From NCBI GenBank assembly GCA_947478955.1, contig CANJXJ010000003.1, positions 1 to 61,416 on the forward strand: 61,416 bases of DNA. Reading direction: 5' to 3'. How positions within the stretch are numbered: the first letter of the stretch is position 1; each line of letters begins with the position of its first letter. Below, piece after piece: positions 34,549 to 43,980 of the stretch. The position numbers and the translations under genes were made by a program. This DNA is from Alphaproteobacteria bacterium (GTDB taxonomy: Bacteria > Pseudomonadota > Alphaproteobacteria > Paracaedibacterales > CAITNM01). The notes below the pieces were generated by a model. It made no database searches, was not told where the DNA came from, and saw nothing but the letters and a program-made list of their open reading frames with translations.

Positions 34549-35310
34549 CTAACCCATTGCATATGACTGTAGGACTTTAATATTTTTTTCTAAAAATTCT
34601 GGGTGTCCCTTTGTTATAAGTTCAAACATGGGGGCATCAACTTCCGTATCACTTAGTAGTACGGGAGCAAAATGGTAGCCGCCAATTCTTTTGGTTAATT
34701 CTTCAAGAAATATTGTATTAATGATTGGTCTTGATGCTTCCCATGATCTTGTTCCAATGCGTGCTAGGGGCCCGTTCATAGAGGCTGTGCATTCACTAAA
34801 ATAAGCCCGAATGTCTGTATCATATTCAGCTTCTGAATAGGCTAAGAAACCTGTGGTTGTACCAAAATACCCTCCTACACTTGGCTGTGGAATAATTAGG
34901 GATCCGCCTATTTGTAATAAGGTGCGAAGGGATGAAAGCCCGTTATATTCAAAGAACTTTAAAACTGACCAATCAAAATAGACTTCCTTAAATTTTCCAG
35001 ATAAACGCGTGGCAAAATTTTCCAGCTGAGTGGTATTAAAATCGATATTAAAATATCTTGGGTGGGCAGCATCCCCTGCTTGGGGGTGGTTATTTAAAAA
35101 GCAGACTGAATCTGAGCTTGCAAGTGCTGCTCTAGAAACACGAATTGATTCTTCACAGGGAGAGGCTCCTAAAACAAGTGTTAGATTTGAGCGGGAAGAA
35201 AGCGCTTCAATTCTTGAGTCTATTTCTGATACTTGGGTGGGCACCAAATCGGATAGGGAGGAGGCAAAAAGGTGTGATCCAAATATGCATACTAATATAA
35301 AATTCAACAT
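34549..35310 (-). CDS. Hypothetical protein with N-terminal signal-like segment; weak Rossmann/methyltransferase-like pattern
   Basis: 253-aa ORF starting MLNFILVCIFGSHLFASS. LTLVLGASPCEE, FKEVYFDWSVLKF and LRTLLQIGGSLIIP loosely resemble class I methyltransferase motifs I, II and post-III. Confidence 0.45.
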   Translation of the reverse strand: MLNFILVCIFGSHLFASSLSDLVPTQVSEIDSRIEALSSRSNLTLVLGASPCEESIRVSRAALASSDSVCFLNNHPQAGDAAHPRYFNIDFNTTQLENFATRLSGKFKEVYFDWSVLKFFEYNGLSSLRTLLQIGGSLIIPQPSVGGYFGTTTGFLAYSEAEYDTDIRAYFSECTASMNGPLARIGTRSWEASRPIINTIFLEELTKRIGGYHFAPVLLSDTEVDAPMFELITKGHPEFLEKNIKVLQSYAMG

Positions 35311-35576
35311 ACAAACAACAAAAATATAGAGTTTATTAATATAGTAAATATTAAAAGTATTTATATTTTGTTAATTTGAAATAAAAATTATGTTTGTGTG
35401 GCGTCGGGTAGATAGTGGGTGCCGTCACCAAATGGCTAGCAGAGACCACGCGATATGTTGAGGTCTTTGTTGATGATTGGTTGTTTGAATAGCAATGATT
35501 GCATCTTGCCTCTTGAATATTGATGACAACCACGGCACTGTAAAGGTCAGAAAAATTGAAAATAGTACTTTAAGAT

Positions 35577-36260
35577 ATGCCGAATATATTTCAAATAATT
35601 CACAGCGATGGGTGGAAGTTCATTGCTATTTTTGCAGCTTGTGCGTTTTTATTAGCCATGGTAGGCCCAAACTTAGGCTGGGTTGGTGCAATTTTGACCA
35701 TGTGGTGCATGTACTTTTTTAGGAATCCACCTCGCACTGTGCCAATGCGCGAAGGGCTGGTTGTTAGCCCCGCTGATGGAATTGTTTGCCAAATTGTTTC
35801 TGTTGTGCCTGATGCTGAGCTAGAAATGGGTGATGAACCACGCACACGGGTAAGCATCTTTCTTAATGTATTTGATGTGCATGTGAATAGGGTCCCCGTT
35901 GCAGGGACGATACGTAAGGTTATTTACCATGAGGGGCAATTTTTAAATGCGTCGTTTGATAAAGCCAGTGAGAAAAATGAACGTAACACTGTTGTTATTG
36001 ATGCAGTTACAGGTGAGCGAATGGCTTTTGTGCAAATTGCAGGTCTAATTGCAAGGCGTATTCGTTGTGATATTTCAGCCCAAGAAACTGTTGAAGCAGG
36101 CCAGGTCTTTGGTTTGATTAGATTTGGTAGCCGCATGGATGTGTATTTGCCCGAAGGGATGGAGCCTCTTGTTGTTGAAGGTCAACGAATGATAGCTGGT
36201 GAGACAGTGCTGCTTGATACCACTAACCCAGAGCCAGCAAGGCGCGGGGTTAAGCGTTAA
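35577..36260 (+). CDS. psd: Phosphatidylserine decarboxylase proenzyme (short type)
   Basis: 227 aa with the self-cleavage motif IRFGSRMDVYLP. Confidence 0.88.
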   Translation: MPNIFQIIHSDGWKFIAIFAACAFLLAMVGPNLGWVGAILTMWCMYFFRNPPRTVPMREGLVVSPADGIVCQIVSVVPDAELEMGDEPRTRVSIFLNVFDVHVNRVPVAGTIRKVIYHEGQFLNASFDKASEKNERNTVVIDAVTGERMAFVQIAGLIARRIRCDISAQETVEAGQVFGLIRFGSRMDVYLPEGMEPLVVEGQRMIAGETVLLDTTNPEPARRGVKR

Positions 36261-37102
36261 TGGTCATGAGGCGCAAAGAATTCCTGAATAAGAAAAAAGG
36301 ACTTCTAAAAGGGCGATTCAATAAAAAATTGGCTGAGCGGCGTATGAAGGTTGAGCCATTTACGGCTTTACTACCACATATTATTACAGTGACAGCATTA
36401 TGCGCAGGATTAACCGGTATTCGATTTGCTTTACAGGAAAATTGGGAGAGCGCGGTTTTTGCAATCTTGCTTGCTGCCTTTCTTGATGGAGTTGATGGGC
36501 GGCTGGCGCGCTTGCTTGGTACATCTAGCCATTTTGGTGCTGAACTAGATTCCTTTGCCGATGTCATTAACTTCGGAATAGCGCCTGCTTTAATGATGTA
36601 CTTTTTTTCATTGCACACCTTGGGTAACCCGGGCTGGGCAGTGGTATTATTTTTTTCCATGTGCATGGTCTTAAGATTAGCTCGATTTAATGTGATGGCT
36701 CATGATGAGACAAAACTTCCTCTTTGGGGGAAGCATTTTTCAGTGGGTGCGCCTGCACCAGCTGCCGCATTGTTGTGCCTTAGCCCTCTTATTCTTGAGT
36801 TGGCTTTTCCAAAAATTCATTTCAGTCCCGTGATTGTAGCACTTATGATGGTGTGTGTTGGTGGGTTAATGGTTAGTCGTATACCAACGATGTCTTTGAA
36901 AAAATTACCTCTGACTCAACACGATACTATTCCTGTTGTATTGGTAGTGGTGGTGTTGCTTGGGTGCCTTTATAGTACGCCGTGGGTTACCTTAAGTATC
37001 ACAATTATTCTGTACGTCTTAACCATGCCCTGGATATATTGGAAATACCTGAATTTTTTAAAAAATGAGAAAACGAAAGCAGTTGATAAAGCTGGCGTTT
37101 AG
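36260..37102 (+). CDS. pssA: CDP-diacylglycerol--serine O-phosphatidyltransferase
   Basis: CDP-alcohol phosphatidyltransferase motif DGVDGRLARLLGTSSHFGAELDSFAD. TAATG overlap with psd. Confidence 0.88.
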   Translation: MVMRRKEFLNKKKGLLKGRFNKKLAERRMKVEPFTALLPHIITVTALCAGLTGIRFALQENWESAVFAILLAAFLDGVDGRLARLLGTSSHFGAELDSFADVINFGIAPALMMYFFSLHTLGNPGWAVVLFFSMCMVLRLARFNVMAHDETKLPLWGKHFSVGAPAPAAALLCLSPLILELAFPKIHFSPVIVALMMVCVGGLMVSRIPTMSLKKLPLTQHDTIPVVLVVVVLLGCLYSTPWVTLSITIILYVLTMPWIYWKYLNFLKNEKTKAVDKAGV

Positions 37103-37130
37103 CTAACAATAATCTTAAAAGAAACTGATT

Positions 37131-37685
37131 ATGTCTCCCATCCTATTAGACTTTTCCATGCCGATTGTTACCCAAAGGTTGATAGTGCGTCCGATGCAAC
37201 CAGGTGATGGCGAGCAAGTATTTTGTGAAATTGAAAAAAGCCGCGATGCTCTTTACCGCTGGCTTCCTTGGGTTGATTCGGTAAAATGCCAAGCAGACAG
37301 TGAAACCACCGCACGTACTTTTTATGCTGACTATATTTTACGCAAAGCTTTTCATCTGGTTATGTGTGTAGATGGTCAAATTATTGGGGGAGTAGGGCTT
37401 AGCGATATTAACTGGACAATTTGCCGCATGAATATTGGCTATTGGTGCTCGGTAGAACATCAGGGCAGGGGGTACGTGACCGAAGGGGTAAATGGATTAA
37501 TTGATTTTGCCTTTGAACATTTAAAGGCTCAGAAACTTCTAATTTTATGTGATAGCGAAAATGCCAAGAGCATTAACGTGGCAGAGCGCTGTGGGTTTAT
37601 TTTAGAGGCTGAAGCGCTTGGGGTGCTCGATCACCCTGGAAATGGTGAATTGCGTTTAGGACGAAGGTACGCAAGGTATAAATAG
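37131..37685 (+). CDS. GNAT-family N-acetyltransferase (RimJ/RimL-like)
   Basis: 184 aa with IGYWCSVEHQGRGYVTEG (Q/R-x-x-G-x-G/A acetyl-CoA motif). Confidence 0.7.
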   Translation: MSPILLDFSMPIVTQRLIVRPMQPGDGEQVFCEIEKSRDALYRWLPWVDSVKCQADSETTARTFYADYILRKAFHLVMCVDGQIIGGVGLSDINWTICRMNIGYWCSVEHQGRGYVTEGVNGLIDFAFEHLKAQKLLILCDSENAKSINVAERCGFILEAEALGVLDHPGNGELRLGRRYARYK

Positions 37686-37964
37686 AATATCTACACAAAA
37701 AATTTTTCTAGCGTTTTTGAAAAATATAAACCGACCATTTTAATGGGAATCCGAACCTGCTTTGTGACCTGGTGATATTGTTGGGCATTTATTGTTTTTT
37801 AATGGATTTTAGTATAGCATTATAACTATAGGTATTATTTAACAGTCGATTTTCTGAACGTGTTGACATTAAAAAGAATCGTTAATTTTCTTACCACGTC
37901 AACCACCGGCGGGTGCCGGTAGTCGTTTGTCATCTCTATAATTTTCAATTTTTTTTTATGTTTA

Positions 37965-39119
37965 ATGATTCTCACGGAGAGAAATATGTTTCGTAAGATG
38001 CCGTTTATTTTGATGGCGATTATTGCCGTTATTTTAGTTTTAGATCCTTTTATATCCTTACCAATTAAACAGGGGCTATATGCAATTAGTTTAAGCATCA
38101 AAGAAATAATTATTGTGGTGCTGCCATTGGTTATTTTTGGATTATTGTTTAAGGCATCAGTAACGCTTTCCAATGGGGCAACGCGAATTATTGGGATGAT
38201 TTTAATTCTGGCAAGCTGCTCGAATTTCATTTCGACATTCCTTAGCCACTACGTAGGCATATGGATTTATCACTTTGATTTGTCAATGATATCACCAAAA
38301 ACAACCTCTGGATTAGAGCCAATGTGGTCGCTGGTTTTACCTAAATTTATTGCTAACGACAAAGCCATGTTTGGTGGAATTATTTTAGGAATTATTGCTT
38401 CAAAAATTTGCCCAGAACCTGCTCGTAAATTTGCAACAATGGCAGACCAATGTATTAGTTGGTTGCTTAGGGGGTTTGTGTATTTCATTCCTCTTTTTGT
38501 TGTGGGTTTTGTGGTGAAACTGCAATTTGATGGAGTTGTGGGAACAATTGTAAAAGATTATGCAACCATCTTTGCCCTTATTGCTTTTGCCCAATTTAGC
38601 TACATTTCGTTTGTGTATTTGGTACTGAATAAAGGCAATGTAAAGTCATTTGCGAATAGCATAAAAAATATGTTGCCAGCTGCTATTAGCGGTTTTAGCA
38701 CAATGTCTAGCGCAGCAAGTATGCCCCTTACAATTATAGGGGCTCAAAATAATGCTAAAAATAAGGATCTTGTACATTCGGTTATTCCGGCCACTGTAAA
38801 TATTCATTTGACCGGTGATTGCTTTGCCATTCCCATTCTTGCTTATGCGGTTTTAAAGAGTTTTGGCATGGCCGAGCCTACTTTATTGAACTATCTTATA
38901 TTTTCCCTGTATTTTGTGTTGGCAAAATTTTCTGTAGCGGCTATTCCAGGCGGGGGTATTTTGGTTATGTTGCCGATTCTTGAGGGGTATTTAGGGTTCA
39001 ATGCAGAAATGATGTCATTGATTACAGCGCTTTATGTTTTGTTTGATCCAGTAATTACCTGCGCTAATGTTTTGGGCAATGGAGCATTTGCTAAGTTGAT
39101 AGACCGTTGTAATAGCTAA
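37965..39119 (+). CDS. Second dicarboxylate/amino acid:cation symporter-family transporter
   Basis: 384 aa, multi-TM, with FSTMSSAASMPLTI, IPGGGILVM and LFDPVITCANVLGNGAFA blocks parallel to those of the 464-1681 product. An alternative ATG lies at 37986. Confidence 0.7.
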   Translation: MILTERNMFRKMPFILMAIIAVILVLDPFISLPIKQGLYAISLSIKEIIIVVLPLVIFGLLFKASVTLSNGATRIIGMILILASCSNFISTFLSHYVGIWIYHFDLSMISPKTTSGLEPMWSLVLPKFIANDKAMFGGIILGIIASKICPEPARKFATMADQCISWLLRGFVYFIPLFVVGFVVKLQFDGVVGTIVKDYATIFALIAFAQFSYISFVYLVLNKGNVKSFANSIKNMLPAAISGFSTMSSAASMPLTIIGAQNNAKNKDLVHSVIPATVNIHLTGDCFAIPILAYAVLKSFGMAEPTLLNYLIFSLYFVLAKFSVAAIPGGGILVMLPILEGYLGFNAEMMSLITALYVLFDPVITCANVLGNGAFAKLIDRCNS

Positions 39120-39218
39120 TGTAGCAATAAAAAGTTGGGAGAGGGTTTATTTTGATATGTGCCCTCTAGTCAAATGTCATTTTTTATTGAATACTAGGTA
39201 TAAGTACTTTCATCAGAA

Positions 39219-40466
39219 GTGTTCGTGGCTCGAGTATCTATTGAAAATATAAATTTTTCCCAAAAAAAAGTTGTTATTAGGCTAGACCTCAATGTGCCCT
39301 TACACAATGGACAGGTTCAGGATAACACGCGTATTGAGCGAATCATCCCAACGTTAAAAATGATTCTAAGCTCCAATCCTAAATGCATTGTTATTCTTTC
39401 CCACTTAGGGCGACCAAAATATAGGCCATATTCCCAGTGGGGCAAAAATGACAGCCTTGAGCCTGTGGCAAGTTCTTTACAAAATTCATTAGGCCAGCCA
39501 GTTGTTTTTTTAAATAAACCCATTGGGCCAGAGTTTTACCAAGAACTTGATGCCATGCCACATGGTTCAATTGTGATGGCAGAGAATATTCGTTTTTATA
39601 GTGGTGAAGAAACAAATTCAGAAGAGTTTTCAGAGCAATTAAGTCAACTGGGTGATGTTTTTGTTAATGATGCGTTTTCCTGTAGTCACCGTGTTCATGC
39701 ATCCGTGGTTGGGATCACAAAATATTTGCCATCTTACGCCGGACTTTGTCTTGATAAAGAGTTACGTGTTCTTGAAGCTACCTTGATTAATCCTGATCGT
39801 CCTGTCATCGGTATTGTTGCTGGAAGTAAGGTTTCCACCAAAATTGATTTATTACTAAATCTTTTGAACAAGCTGGATTATATGTTTGTAGGCGGGGGTA
39901 TGGCCAATACCCTTTTATGTGCTCAAGGATATAAAATGGGCGGGTCCTTAGTTGAGAATGATCGTTTAGGTGTGGCAGAAGCAATTTTGCAGAAGGCAAA
40001 AACTAGTAAATGTGAATTGCTATTACCAATTGATGCGGTAGTGGCTAGAAAGCTTGAGCCTAATATCTCTACACAAGTCGTTGATATCGATATGATAGGG
40101 GCCGACCAGGCAATGTATGATATTGGTCCAAAAACCTTAGAGCGATTAAAAAATACCATGAGATTATGTAAAACGGTTTTGTGGAATGGGCCCGTAGGTG
40201 TGTATGAGGTTCCCCCGTTTGCTCAAGGATCAGTTTCTATTGCGAAATTTATTGTTGATTACACTCAGATGGGGAACATGGTAAGTGTTGCTGGAGGGGG
40301 TGATACAATTGCGGTGATTGGCCAAGATAACGCTGATTTTACATATGTATCGACCGCGGGAGGAGCATTTTTAGAATGGCTTGAGGGCAAGGCTTTGCCA
40401 GGGGTTGAAGCGTTAGAAACTAAACACGCGATAGATGTCTCTTCTCAAGAAAAAGGCGCTGCCTAA
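39219..40466 (+). CDS. pgk: Phosphoglycerate kinase
   Basis: KKVVIRLDLNVPL, DNTRIERIIPT, ILSHLGRPK, C-terminal STAGGAFLEWLEGKALPGVEAL; GTG start. Confidence 0.92.
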   Translation: MFVARVSIENINFSQKKVVIRLDLNVPLHNGQVQDNTRIERIIPTLKMILSSNPKCIVILSHLGRPKYRPYSQWGKNDSLEPVASSLQNSLGQPVVFLNKPIGPEFYQELDAMPHGSIVMAENIRFYSGEETNSEEFSEQLSQLGDVFVNDAFSCSHRVHASVVGITKYLPSYAGLCLDKELRVLEATLINPDRPVIGIVAGSKVSTKIDLLLNLLNKLDYMFVGGGMANTLLCAQGYKMGGSLVENDRLGVAEAILQKAKTSKCELLLPIDAVVARKLEPNISTQVVDIDMIGADQAMYDIGPKTLERLKNTMRLCKTVLWNGPVGVYEVPPFAQGSVSIAKFIVDYTQMGNMVSVAGGGDTIAVIGQDNADFTYVSTAGGAFLEWLEGKALPGVEALETKHAIDVSSQEKGAA

Positions 40467-40468
40467 AA

Positions 40469-40897
40469 TTATGATTCACTCTTTGTGAATTTTGAATATT
40501 GACGCATCCAAGACATTTCATTTGCCGTACAACCAAAGTGGTGCCCAATTTCATTGATTAATACATGATGTACTAATGACTTTACATCTTCGGAATTTTC
40601 AATAGCATGACGAATTAAAGGACAGCGATATAAATAAATAATGTCAGGTTGACTGGGGCGAATTTTTTTCTTTAACGGGACAGGCACACCTCGGTACAAT
40701 CCCAGCAAATCATACCGATCTGCCATTGATAATTCTTCTAAGGTGCTAGGATCAGCAAAATTTTCCACTTCAATTACAAAATTCTTTAAATGGCTTCGAA
40801 AAGATTTAGGTAGCTTTTGTAAGCTACGATAAGCGAAATCATATATCTCAGCAACAGCTGGCATACGCACAATATCAATCTCATCTTTCTTTTCCAT
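40469..40897 (-). CDS. Zincin-like metallopeptidase family protein (COG3824-like)
   Basis: 142 aa with the C-terminal HExxH-type motif LINEIGHHFG. Confidence 0.65.
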   Translation of the reverse strand: MEKKDEIDIVRMPAVAEIYDFAYRSLQKLPKSFRSHLKNFVIEVENFADPSTLEELSMADRYDLLGLYRGVPVPLKKKIRPSQPDIIYLYRCPLIRHAIENSEDVKSLVHHVLINEIGHHFGCTANEMSWMRQYSKFTKSES

Positions 40898-40982
40898 GTA
40901 AACCTTTTTGAGTTTTTGTGAGAGTCATGGTCTAATAGCTAAGTTATAGCGGATAAAAGTTAACAAATTGCGAAGGCCAAAA

Positions 40983-41462
40983 ATGTTCCTCAAATTTTCT
41001 CGAGTATTTTTTTGTGTTTTAATCGGCATTCTTTTAATGGGATGCGAGTCTGTTAAATCCGCTGTGGGTATAAAGCAATCCAAAGTTTGGATTGAGAAAA
41101 TTAATTTTAAGGCGACGGAAAATGCGAATGATTCATCCCCCATTAAAATTCACGTGGTAATTGCCTATAAAGATGAGCTTGCTGCCGATCTTATAAAGCT
41201 AGACGCGAATGCGTATTTTCAAAAAGCTAAAAAACTTAAATCCGATGCTGGGGATGACTTAGATGTATTTAGTATTGATGTGGTTCCTGATTCATCAGCA
41301 AGCTTAGATATTACACCATCAAGTAGTACGGGGGCTGTTGCATTAATGTTTGCTAGATACACAAGTCCAGGCGACCACAGAACAAATGTAGGGGCTGATT
41401 ATGAAATCCAAGTTGACCTTGAGAAAAATGATCTTAAAGTAACTCCAATTAAGAAGGGATGA
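40983..41462 (+). CDS. Lipoprotein, possibly TssJ/VasD-like fold
   Basis: Lipobox LLMGC. The body (SPIKIHVVIAYKDE...AVALMFARYTSPGDHR) loosely resembles the T6SS TssJ lipoprotein pattern. No other T6SS genes are nearby. Confidence 0.45.
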   Translation: MFLKFSRVFFCVLIGILLMGCESVKSAVGIKQSKVWIEKINFKATENANDSSPIKIHVVIAYKDELAADLIKLDANAYFQKAKKLKSDAGDDLDVFSIDVVPDSSASLDITPSSSTGAVALMFARYTSPGDHRTNVGADYEIQVDLEKNDLKVTPIKKG

Positions 41463-41773
41463 TTTTTATATTTGATATATAATTAACCGCTTATATCTTA
41501 ATATTCTTTTTTGTTGCCTTATTTTTATTTATAGGCTAAGTTGCAGTTGAAATTTTAGGTTCCGATTACGCACCTGCTGATTCCATACCTGCCGATGCGA
41601 GGCGGGGTTAGATGGCCAGTCATTAAATAAGTTAGTGCCAAAAACTTTTTAAAAGCGTTATCTGTTCAACATAGTGCAGCCATGAGAGCTGGCTTATGGA
41701 TAAATTTCTGTTCGCCAGCCTAGAGATTGAGCTTGGCGGATGATAGATAAACGTTTTTTTATGGAGTTTTTAA

Positions 41774-43765
41774 ATGAATACATTTAATGAACTGGGATTG
41801 CCAGTTTTACTTACGGAATCACTTACGCGTATGGGCTTAGTAAAGCCTACACCTATTCAAGCGCAGACAATACCTTTAGCACTTGAAGGGCATGATATTT
41901 TAGGATCAGCTCAAACAGGTACTGGAAAAACAATGGCGTTTACCTTGCCATTGGTAAATCACTTAATTAACAACCCAAACGCTACAGCGCTTGTATTAGC
42001 GCCTATTCGTGAAATTGCTCAGCAGGTTATGAATGCCCTAAAAAGTCTAATTGGTGATTCAAGAGATTTTCATACAGCACTTATTATTGGTGGTGAGCCT
42101 TACCCAAAGCAGCTGATACAGTTAAAATCACGTCCAAGAGTTGTTATAGGAACGCCTGGACGTATTATTGACCACATGGAGCGCGGTACTTTACGGGTTG
42201 ATAACCTAGAATGCTTAGTATTAGATGAAACTGATCGTATGTTTGATATGGGTTTTGGTATTCAGCTGGAGCATATCATTTCTAAGTTGCCAGCAAAGCG
42301 TCAAACTTTAATGTTTTCAGCAACTATCCCGCCAGCAATTGAAAAGCTTGCAGGAAAGTATTTGAATGAACCAAAGCGTGTGGCTGTAGGTTCTGCAACC
42401 CTGCCTATTCCTAAAATCAAACAGGAAATTGTTAACATTAGTGAAAAAGATAAGTACAAGCGTCTTTTGCAAGAGCTTGAACAACGCGATGGTACGGTTC
42501 TTGTGTTTGTAAAAACAAAAATGAATGCTGATCGTTTGGCTGAAGCTTTACGTAAAGAAGATCATTCTGCATCAGCTATTCATGGTGACTTGCGTCAACA
42601 TCAACGTGAGAAAGTTATTCGTTCATTTCGTTTAGGTAAGTGCCGGGTTATGGTTGCGACTGATATTGCTGCACGTGGACTCGACATTCCTCACTTAATG
42701 CATGTTATCAATTATGATGTGCCTCCATGTCCTGAAGATTATATTCACCGTATTGGTAGAACGGGTCGTGCAGGCGCCGAAGGTTTTTCATTGTGTTTTG
42801 TGACATCACAAGATGCAAAAAAATGGAATGCCATTGAGCGATACATGAATCCTAAAGCGCATGAAGGATCAAACCGCAATTCAGGCCCAAGTCGTAATGC
42901 TGGTTCAGGTAATGGTTTTGGTAGGTCAGCACGAGCTGGTGATTCTGGCGGGGCTCATCCTTTTGCAAATAATGACAGAAGGAAACCTTTTGCCGGTAAA
43001 AGTTCTGGCGAATCTAGAGGTGGTGAGTCCAGAGGCGGTTCCAAAAGCGGCGGCTTTGGCGGTGCAAGAAGTGGTGGTTTTGGGGGAGCGCCGTCAGGTG
43101 AATCTAGAGGCAAAGGCTTCGGCGGAGCTAGTCGCGGTGGAGCACGAAGTGGAGGCTTTGGTGCTTCCAGAAGTAGTGGCTTTGGCGGTGCTAGTCGTGG
43201 CGGATCAAGAGACAGTTTTGGAGACGCCTCTGTAGGTGAAGCTACTGGCGGTGAATCCAGAGGTAATTCAAGAGGCGGCTTTGGTAGCTCTGGTGGAGCT
43301 TCCAGAAGTGGTGGCTTCGGCGGCGCAAGAAGTGGCGGCTTCGGTGGAGGAGCTTCCAGGAGTGGTGGCTTTGGGGCAAGCAGAGGCGGATCAAGAAGCG
43401 GTGGCTTTGGCGGTGCTCCTGCAGGCGAAGCTACTGGTGGTGAATCCAGAGGTAATTCAAGAGGCGGCTTTGGTAGCTCTGGTGGAGCTTCCAGAAGTGG
43501 CGGCTTCGGTGGTGCCCGCGATGCTAATGGTGGTGGTGCCAGCAGAGGTGGTGCAAGAAGTGGTGGTTTTGGCGGTGCAAGTCGTGATGCTGGCGCTGGC
43601 GAAAGAGGCAACTCTAGAGGTGGAGCTTCCAGAAGTGGTGGTTTCGGTGGAGAAGGGCGTGGTAATTTCGCCAAGCCTGCTGCTAATAAGTCAAAGGATT
43701 CTTCTTTCAGGGGTTCTTTTGCTTCTGATCGCCCAAAAAGCAGACCAGCGCGTACTTTTAGCTAA
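41774..43765 (+). CDS. DEAD-box-family ATP-dependent RNA helicase (RhlE-like) with long RGG/GGF-repeat C-terminal tail
   Basis: Q motif ...KPTPIQ, AQTGTGKT, motif II DETD (not DEAD), SAT, HRIGRTGRAG. The last ~300 aa are low-complexity G/R/S/F repeats. Confidence 0.88.
   Translation: MNTFNELGLPVLLTESLTRMGLVKPTPIQAQTIPLALEGHDILGSAQTGTGKTMAFTLPLVNHLINNPNATALVLAPIREIAQQVMNALKSLIGDSRDFHTALIIGGEPYPKQLIQLKSRPRVVIGTPGRIIDHMERGTLRVDNLECLVLDETDRMFDMGFGIQLEHIISKLPAKRQTLMFSATIPPAIEKLAGKYLNEPKRVAVGSATLPIPKIKQEIVNISEKDKYKRLLQELEQRDGTVLVFVKTKMNADRLAEALRKEDHSASAIHGDLRQHQREKVIRSFRLGKCRVMVATDIAARGLDIPHLMHVINYDVPPCPEDYIHRIGRTGRAGAEGFSLCFVTSQDAKKWNAIERYMNPKAHEGSNRNSGPSRNAGSGNGFGRSARAGDSGGAHPFANNDRRKPFAGKSSGESRGGESRGGSKSGGFGGARSGGFGGAPSGESRGKGFGGASRGGARSGGFGASRSSGFGGASRGGSRDSFGDASVGEATGGESRGNSRGGFGSSGGASRSGGFGGARSGGFGGGASRSGGFGASRGGSRSGGFGGAPAGEATGGESRGNSRGGFGSSGGASRSGGFGGARDANGGGASRGGARSGGFGGASRDAGAGERGNSRGGASRSGGFGGEGRGNFAKPAANKSKDSSFRGSFASDRPKSRPARTFS
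43235..43515 (+). repeat. Direct repeat (92-nt near-identical copies, 189-nt period) inside the helicase tail
   Basis: 43235-43326 and 43424-43515 differ at about five positions by eye. Both encode GEATGGESRGNSRGGFGSSGGASRSGGFGGA. Confidence 0.8.
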
Positions 43766-43787
43766 ATAAAAATTGATTGACTTTAAG

Positions 43788-43818
43788 GCTCTGCAGTATA
43801 TTTTGCAGGGCTTTTTTT
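43788..43818 (+). terminator. Rho-independent terminator after the helicase gene
   Basis: GCTCTGCA-GTATATTT-TGCAGGGC stem-loop followed by TTTTTTT. Confidence 0.65.
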
Positions 43819-43980
43819 CATAAAAATGCCAAATACTTCCATGAGTAACCAAGGATATTTAGCAACACATACTAAGAAAATGTTTAGTTATCTAAATATT
43901 AATTAAAATCCCCCTTTCGTTTCAACGCAAGATACCGTATCAATTAAGTATCACCATTTGTTATTTGGCAGGGGCTTTTC

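Noticed and set aside
37835-38230. 131-aa minus-strand ORF
   Set aside because: It is antisense to the 5' part of the second DAACS transporter gene and has an Ile/Lys-rich, AT-driven composition.
42955-43674. 239-aa minus-strand ORF rich in PPKPPLLEAPP repeats
   Set aside because: It is the antisense reading of the GC-rich RGG/GGF repeat tail of the helicase. Low-complexity repeats keep several frames open. The plus-strand alternate-frame ORFs 42861-43235 and 43236-43769 are rejected for the same reason.
43000-43700. Regularly spaced repeats considered as a CRISPR-like array
   Set aside because: The repeats are in-frame coding repeats of a Gly/Arg-rich tail, with no unique spacers and no cas genes. 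No CRISPR array was seen anywhere in the window.
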